NCBI GenBank assembly: GCA_963762075.1
Contig: CAVXJC010000006.1
Span: 503,943 to 567,942, forward strand
Reading direction: 5' to 3'
From: an uncultured Actinomycetes bacterium
GTDB taxonomy: Bacteria > Actinomycetota > UBA4738 > HRBIN12
Length of the DNA: 64,000 bases
Part shown: piece after piece, positions 60,044-64,000 of the stretch
Numbering within the stretch: position 1 is the first letter of the stretch
Layout: the number at the start of each line of letters is the position of its first letter
Made by a program: the position numbers and the translations under genes
Notes under the pieces: generated by a model
Databases searched by the model: none
Told to the model about the DNA's origin: nothing
What the model saw: only the letters and a program-made list of their open reading frames with translations

Positions 60044-60131
60044 CGCTTCGCTACGTGAGCGCTGGTCGTCGTGCTATCGCTTCGCTACGTGAGCGCTGGT
60101 CGTCGTGCTATCGCTTCGCTACGTGAGCGCT
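60044..60131. repeat. Perfect 34-bp tandem repeat, about 2.6 copies
   Basis: cgcttcgctacgtgagcgctggtcgtcgtgctat at 60044 and 60078, partial copy at 60112. Confidence 0.9.
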
Positions 60132-61738
60132 TTGTCGCGCACGATCTCGCGGACGCAGTGGTGCCCGGGAAGGCCCGTGACGCCGCCACCCGCGTGGGTC
60201 GCGCTCGAGGCCTGGTACAGGCCCGCGATCGGCGTTCGGTAATCCCCGTAGCCAACCGCCGGCCTCATGTGGAAGAGCTGATCCACCGTCAGCTCCCCGT
60301 GGAAGATGTTGCCACCGATCAGGTCCCATCCCTGTTGCATCTGCTTGGGCCCGATCACCTGGCGCGCGAGCACTGAGTCCTTGAATCCTGGAGCAGCATC
60401 GTCCATACGATCGATCAACCGGTCGGCATACGCATCGAGGTCCGCCGAGTGATCGTCCTCGTCGTCGGCCCAATCGGCCGGCACCCATTGCGTGAACATC
60501 GACACGGTGTGGATGCCTTCGGGCGCGAGGGTCGTGTCGACCACGGTGGGGATCTCTGTGTCGCTGAACGGGATCGTGGCTGCCCGGCCTGCCCGCGCTT
60601 CCTGGAACGCTTGCTCGAGCTGCTCGTTGTCGTCGAGCAGCTCGATCGCCCCACCATGGATCTCGGGGTCGAAGTCGGGATTCGCGGTGAAGGTCGGCAG
60701 GCGATCGATCGCGAGGTTCACCTTCACGGTGCCGCTGCGCGTCTTCCAGTGCTCGATGTCGTGCACGAAGGAGTCGGGAAGCTCGCTCCGCTCGAGCTGC
60801 TGCAGGAAGGTGATCTTGGGATGGCATGCGGTCACCACCAGCGGTGCGTGGATCTCCTCGCCGCCGTCGAGCACCACGCCGGTCGCACGGCCGTTCGAGG
60901 TCGAGATCCTCGCCACGGGAGCGTTCACTCGCACCTCCGCGCCGAAGAACTTCGCGCTCTGCTCGCATGCGGTGGCGACGGCGCCCATGCCGCCCTCCAT
61001 GAAGCCCCACGACGCGACCTCGCCATCGCCGATGTCGCCCACGGAGTGATGCATCAGCACGTACGCGGTGCCGGGAGCATCGGGGCCTGCCCACGTGCCG
61101 ATGATGCCGTTGACCGCCATGAAGCCCTTCATCTGGGGCGATTCGAACCACCGTTCGAGCAGGTCGGTCGCGCTCATCGTGAACAGGCGCGTGATGTCGG
61201 CGACGGTCGCCTCGTCGACGTGCTTGCGCAGCTTCCAGCCGAGCGTGCCCAAGTTCCAGAGGTCTCGAACCTTCTTCGACCCCACGTGCGGCGGCGTCTC
61301 CATGAGCAGTGGTCCGAGGATGCCGGCGATGCGACCGATCCAGCCGTAGAACTCGAAGTAGGCGTCGGCGTCGTGCTTCGACACCTGGGCGATGGAATCG
61401 CGCGTGATCTGCTCGTCCGTGTGCTGAATGATCGAGCGGCCGTCACGCATCGGCATGTACCCCTGGCCGAGTGGAAGCAGCTTGAAGCCGAACCGTTCCA
61501 ACTGTAGGTCGCGCCGGACGCTCGGCGGCATGAGCGACATCGTGTACGAGAGGGTGTTGACCTTGACGCCTGGGTACTCGTCGGGCCACGGCTCCATCGT
61601 GTCGGCCGCACCTCCGGTCTTGTGCCGCTTCTCGAGCACCACCGTGCGGGCGCCTCGCTTCGCCAGGTAGGCGGCAGCGACCAGACCGTTGTGACCACCG
61701 CCGATCACGATCGCGTCGTAGTGGTTCGCGTTGCTCAT
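60119..61738 (-). CDS. Phytoene-dehydrogenase-like FAD oxidoreductase
   Basis: IGGGHNGLVAA, GNIFHGE, RTPIAGLY, HAGGGV; ATG at 61738. Confidence 0.9.
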   Translation of the reverse strand: MSNANHYDAIVIGGGHNGLVAAAYLAKRGARTVVLEKRHKTGGAADTMEPWPDEYPGVKVNTLSYTMSLMPPSVRRDLQLERFGFKLLPLGQGYMPMRDGRSIIQHTDEQITRDSIAQVSKHDADAYFEFYGWIGRIAGILGPLLMETPPHVGSKKVRDLWNLGTLGWKLRKHVDEATVADITRLFTMSATDLLERWFESPQMKGFMAVNGIIGTWAGPDAPGTAYVLMHHSVGDIGDGEVASWGFMEGGMGAVATACEQSAKFFGAEVRVNAPVARISTSNGRATGVVLDGGEEIHAPLVVTACHPKITFLQQLERSELPDSFVHDIEHWKTRSGTVKVNLAIDRLPTFTANPDFDPEIHGGAIELLDDNEQLEQAFQEARAGRAATIPFSDTEIPTVVDTTLAPEGIHTVSMFTQWVPADWADDEDDHSADLDAYADRLIDRMDDAAPGFKDSVLARQVIGPKQMQQGWDLIGGNIFHGELTVDQLFHMRPAVGYGDYRTPIAGLYQASSATHAGGGVTGLPGHHCVREIVRDKALT

Positions 61739-61742
61739 GAGT

Positions 61743-61758
61743 TTGAATCTCCATTCAA
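61743..61758. promoter_or_regulatory. Palindromic operator candidate
   Basis: TTGAAT-ctcc-ATTCAA, AT-rich, 4 nt upstream of the oxidoreductase start. Confidence 0.55.
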
Positions 61759-61910
61759 TCTCTGGACCGGCGGAGCGTACACCCAGGACGGCCGGGCTGG
61801 GTAGCGGCCCGAACAGAACCGCCCCGCGTAACGGATGAGGGCCAACCTGAGACCATAGGTTCGAAGACCGTACGTGCCCGCTTCCTCTTCGATCAGGAGG
61901 TTCGATCGAC

Positions 61911-62426
61911 ATGCACGAGCTCGCAACGTTCGGCGCCGGGTGTTTCTGGGGTGTCGAGTGGGTGTTCCGTCAGGTGCCAGGTGTCATCGAAGCCGTCTCG
62001 GGCTACTCGGGTGGCACCGTCGAGGACCCCGGCTATCGGCTCGTCTGCACCGGGACCACCGGGCACGCAGAGGTCGTACAGGTCGAGTTCGACCCCGCGA
62101 TCGTCAGCTACGAGCAGCTTCTCGAGGTGTTCTGGGCGATGCATGACCCCACTCAGCGCGATCGCCAAGGCCCCGACGTGGGCTCGCAGTACCGGAGCGC
62201 GATATTCACGCACTCCCCCGAGCAGCGGGTCGCGGCCACAGCATCGCGTGATCGCGCGCAGGCGAGCTTCGATCGGCCGATCGCGACAGAGATCTCCGAT
62301 GCCGGCGCCTTCTACCCCGCCGAGGCCTACCACCAGCGCTACTACGAGCAGACGGGCCACCAGCCCTACTGTCACGTGCTGCCGACCGGTGTGCTCGAGC
62401 GTCTCGGCCTGGTGCGGAGCGCCTGA
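61911..62426 (+). CDS. msrA: Peptide-methionine (S)-S-oxide reductase
   Basis: [29 protein letters not shown]. Confidence 0.96.
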   Translation: MHELATFGAGCFWGVEWVFRQVPGVIEAVSGYSGGTVEDPGYRLVCTGTTGHAEVVQVEFDPAIVSYEQLLEVFWAMHDPTQRDRQGPDVGSQYRSAIFTHSPEQRVAATASRDRAQASFDRPIATEISDAGAFYPAEAYHQRYYEQTGHQPYCHVLPTGVLERLGLVRSA

Positions 62427-62434
62427 GGACCTTC

Positions 62435-63133
62435 TCAGCCGTCGCGGAAGCCGATGTGCTTGTGGCTCCCGTCGCAGAGCGGCTTGGTGCGGGAATGACC
62501 GCATCGGCAGAGGGTGACCCGGTTGCGCACCTCGTAGGTCTCGCCGTCGGCGGCGGTGATCTCGATGCCTCCGCGGACCCACAGCGGTCCGTCGCGAACA
62601 ACCCCGATGCTGACCGGCAGCGCAGGCTCGAGTAGCTCTGCATCGGCGTCGGGCTTCATCTCGAGGGCGCCCGACGGGCAGAGCCTGACCATCTGCATCA
62701 ACCGCTCGCGCACGGCCGGGTCGTCAGCCTCGCGAGCCATGCGCCGCCAGTTCGTGAACCGATCGCCGCAGTAACCGGCATGCTCACAGGTGGCCAGATC
62801 GAAGCTCACCGTGCCTTCACCGGCGGGAAATTCCATGCGCCGTTCGGCGATCTCGCCGCGATCGGCCGTCTCGGTTCCGTCGAACCCATTCGTCTTGTGG
62901 CTGCCGTCGCAGAACGGCTTGTCGTTCGACCCTCCGCAGCGGCAGAGGGCGTAGCGCCCATCGGAGTGGTCGAGCGGCTCATCGGGCACCCAGCCCACCG
63001 GTTCGCCGAACTCGGTCTCGACCTGCGCGGTGCGGCCCAGCGGCAGATCGCCGCGAACGAGATACGGCCCATTCGGGCGCACGCGGATCCCCGGCAAGTC
63101 GTCGTCGGCATCGGCGGTGGGCATGCCGCCCAT
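62435..63133 (-). CDS. Double CDGSH Fe-S domain protein with a central 4Fe-4S-like domain
   Basis: LCRCGGSNDKPFCDGSH; CEHAGYC...CPSGAL; LCRCGHSRTKPLCDGSH. Confidence 0.88.
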   Translation of the reverse strand: MGGMPTADADDDLPGIRVRPNGPYLVRGDLPLGRTAQVETEFGEPVGWVPDEPLDHSDGRYALCRCGGSNDKPFCDGSHKTNGFDGTETADRGEIAERRMEFPAGEGTVSFDLATCEHAGYCGDRFTNWRRMAREADDPAVRERLMQMVRLCPSGALEMKPDADAELLEPALPVSIGVVRDGPLWVRGGIEITAADGETYEVRNRVTLCRCGHSRTKPLCDGSHKHIGFRDG

Positions 63134-63204
63134 GCTCGCTGCATACGGCGCGCCTGTCACGTGTCCGACCAACACCACCGAGTGTGCCGAAGGGTGTAGC
63201 ATTC

Positions 63205-63220
63205 TCGAACGCATGTTCGA
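63205..63220. promoter_or_regulatory. LexA (SOS) box
   Basis: TCGAAC-GCAT-GTTCGA, the actinobacterial consensus, overlapping the helicase ATG. Confidence 0.85.
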
Positions 63221-64000
63221 TGACGACCTGAACGAGGCCCAGCTCGAAGCGGTCAGGCACGGAGGAGGACCGCTGCTGATCGTGGCCGGCGCCGGCACGG
63301 GCAAGACGACGACGCTCGCATCGCGGGTGGCGTGGTTGCTGGGTGAGGGTGTGCGGCCCGAGCGCCTCTTGCTGCTCACCTTCAGCCGGCGCGCAGCTCG
63401 AGAGATGACCTCGAGGGCCGAACGCCTCGCCGGTGCTCTTGACGTGAGCATCGACGCTTCACGCATATGGAGTGGCACCTTCCACGCAGTCGCGAATCGG
63501 CTGCTGCGGTTGCACGGACGGGCCCTCGGCCTCACGCCCGACTTCACCGTGCTCGATCAGGCCGATGCTGCCGACGTGATGAACCTGCTTCGCGACGAGC
63601 TCGGGCTCAGTGGAAGGGAGCGACGCTTCCCTCGAAAGGAGACCCTCGCCAACATCTACTCCCGAACCGTGAACGCGGGCGAGAAGCTCGTCGACGTGCT
63701 GAAGCGGCACTTCCCGTGGTGCCTCGACGAGGCCGAGGGCATCAGGGAGATCTTCGGCGCGTATTCCGAACGGAAGCGGGCACAGCACGTGCTCGACTAC
63801 GACGACCTGCTGCTGTTCTGGAAGGCGCTCGCGACCTCGCCGGCGACGCGCGCACAGCTCGCCGAGATGTTCGAGCACGTGCTCGTCGACGAATACCAGG
63901 ACACGAACGCGCTGCAGGCAGACATCCTCGAGGGAATGCGACCCGAGGGCACGCCGCAGAACCTGACGGTCGTCGGCGACGATGCGCAGGCGATCTACGG
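63213..64000 (+). CDS. UvrD/Rep-family ATP-dependent helicase, 3'-truncated by window edge
   Basis: LNEAQ, AGAGTGKT, LLLTFSRRAA, GTFH, VDEYQDTN, VGDDAQAIY. Confidence 0.93.
   Translation, partial: MFDDDLNEAQLEAVRHGGGPLLIVAGAGTGKTTTLASRVAWLLGEGVRPERLLLLTFSRRAAREMTSRAERLAGALDVSIDASRIWSGTFHAVANRLLRLHGRALGLTPDFTVLDQADAADVMNLLRDELGLSGRERRFPRKETLANIYSRTVNAGEKLVDVLKRHFPWCLDEAEGIREIFGAYSERKRAQHVLDYDDLLLFWKALATSPATRAQLAEMFEHVLVDEYQDTNALQADILEGMRPEGTPQNLTVVGDDAQAIY

Noticed and set aside
60044-60131. Possible CRISPR array
   Set aside because: Units are contiguous with no spacers, and there are no cas genes

Overview
High-GC (roughly 68% by eye) bacterial chromosome segment, most consistent with a deep-branching Actinomycetota lineage: actinobacterial-type LexA box, many apparently leaderless genes, and a long Alu-domain SRP RNA. 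Mostly core genes: ask/asd, ffs-dnaX-recR, tadA, pncB, leuCD with an IclR regulator, hemACDBL, msrA, a UvrD-like helicase and four tRNAs. Accessory genes are interspersed. No integrase, transposase, prophage or CRISPR array was seen. Best leads: (1) an unannotated 16-codon ORF, MNEPCCPEDCCPSGCC, with its own promoter, strong SD, ArsR-type operators and a hairpin, divergent from arsR-arsM-arsC, a candidate arsenic-binding micro-metallothionein; (2) a circularly permuted PafA-type alkaline phosphatase with a Cys at each new end; (3) a lipid operon (acyl-CoA reductase-HAD fusion, Zn-dehydrogenase, LarA-like protein, acyltransferase, TetR), possibly for alkyl/ether lipids; (4) a class III cyclase-STAND ATPase fused to a cytoplasmic family-5 solute-binding domain. 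asd and a DUF4349 gene carry frameshifts that may be sequencing errors. All family calls come from motif recognition by eye, not database searches.
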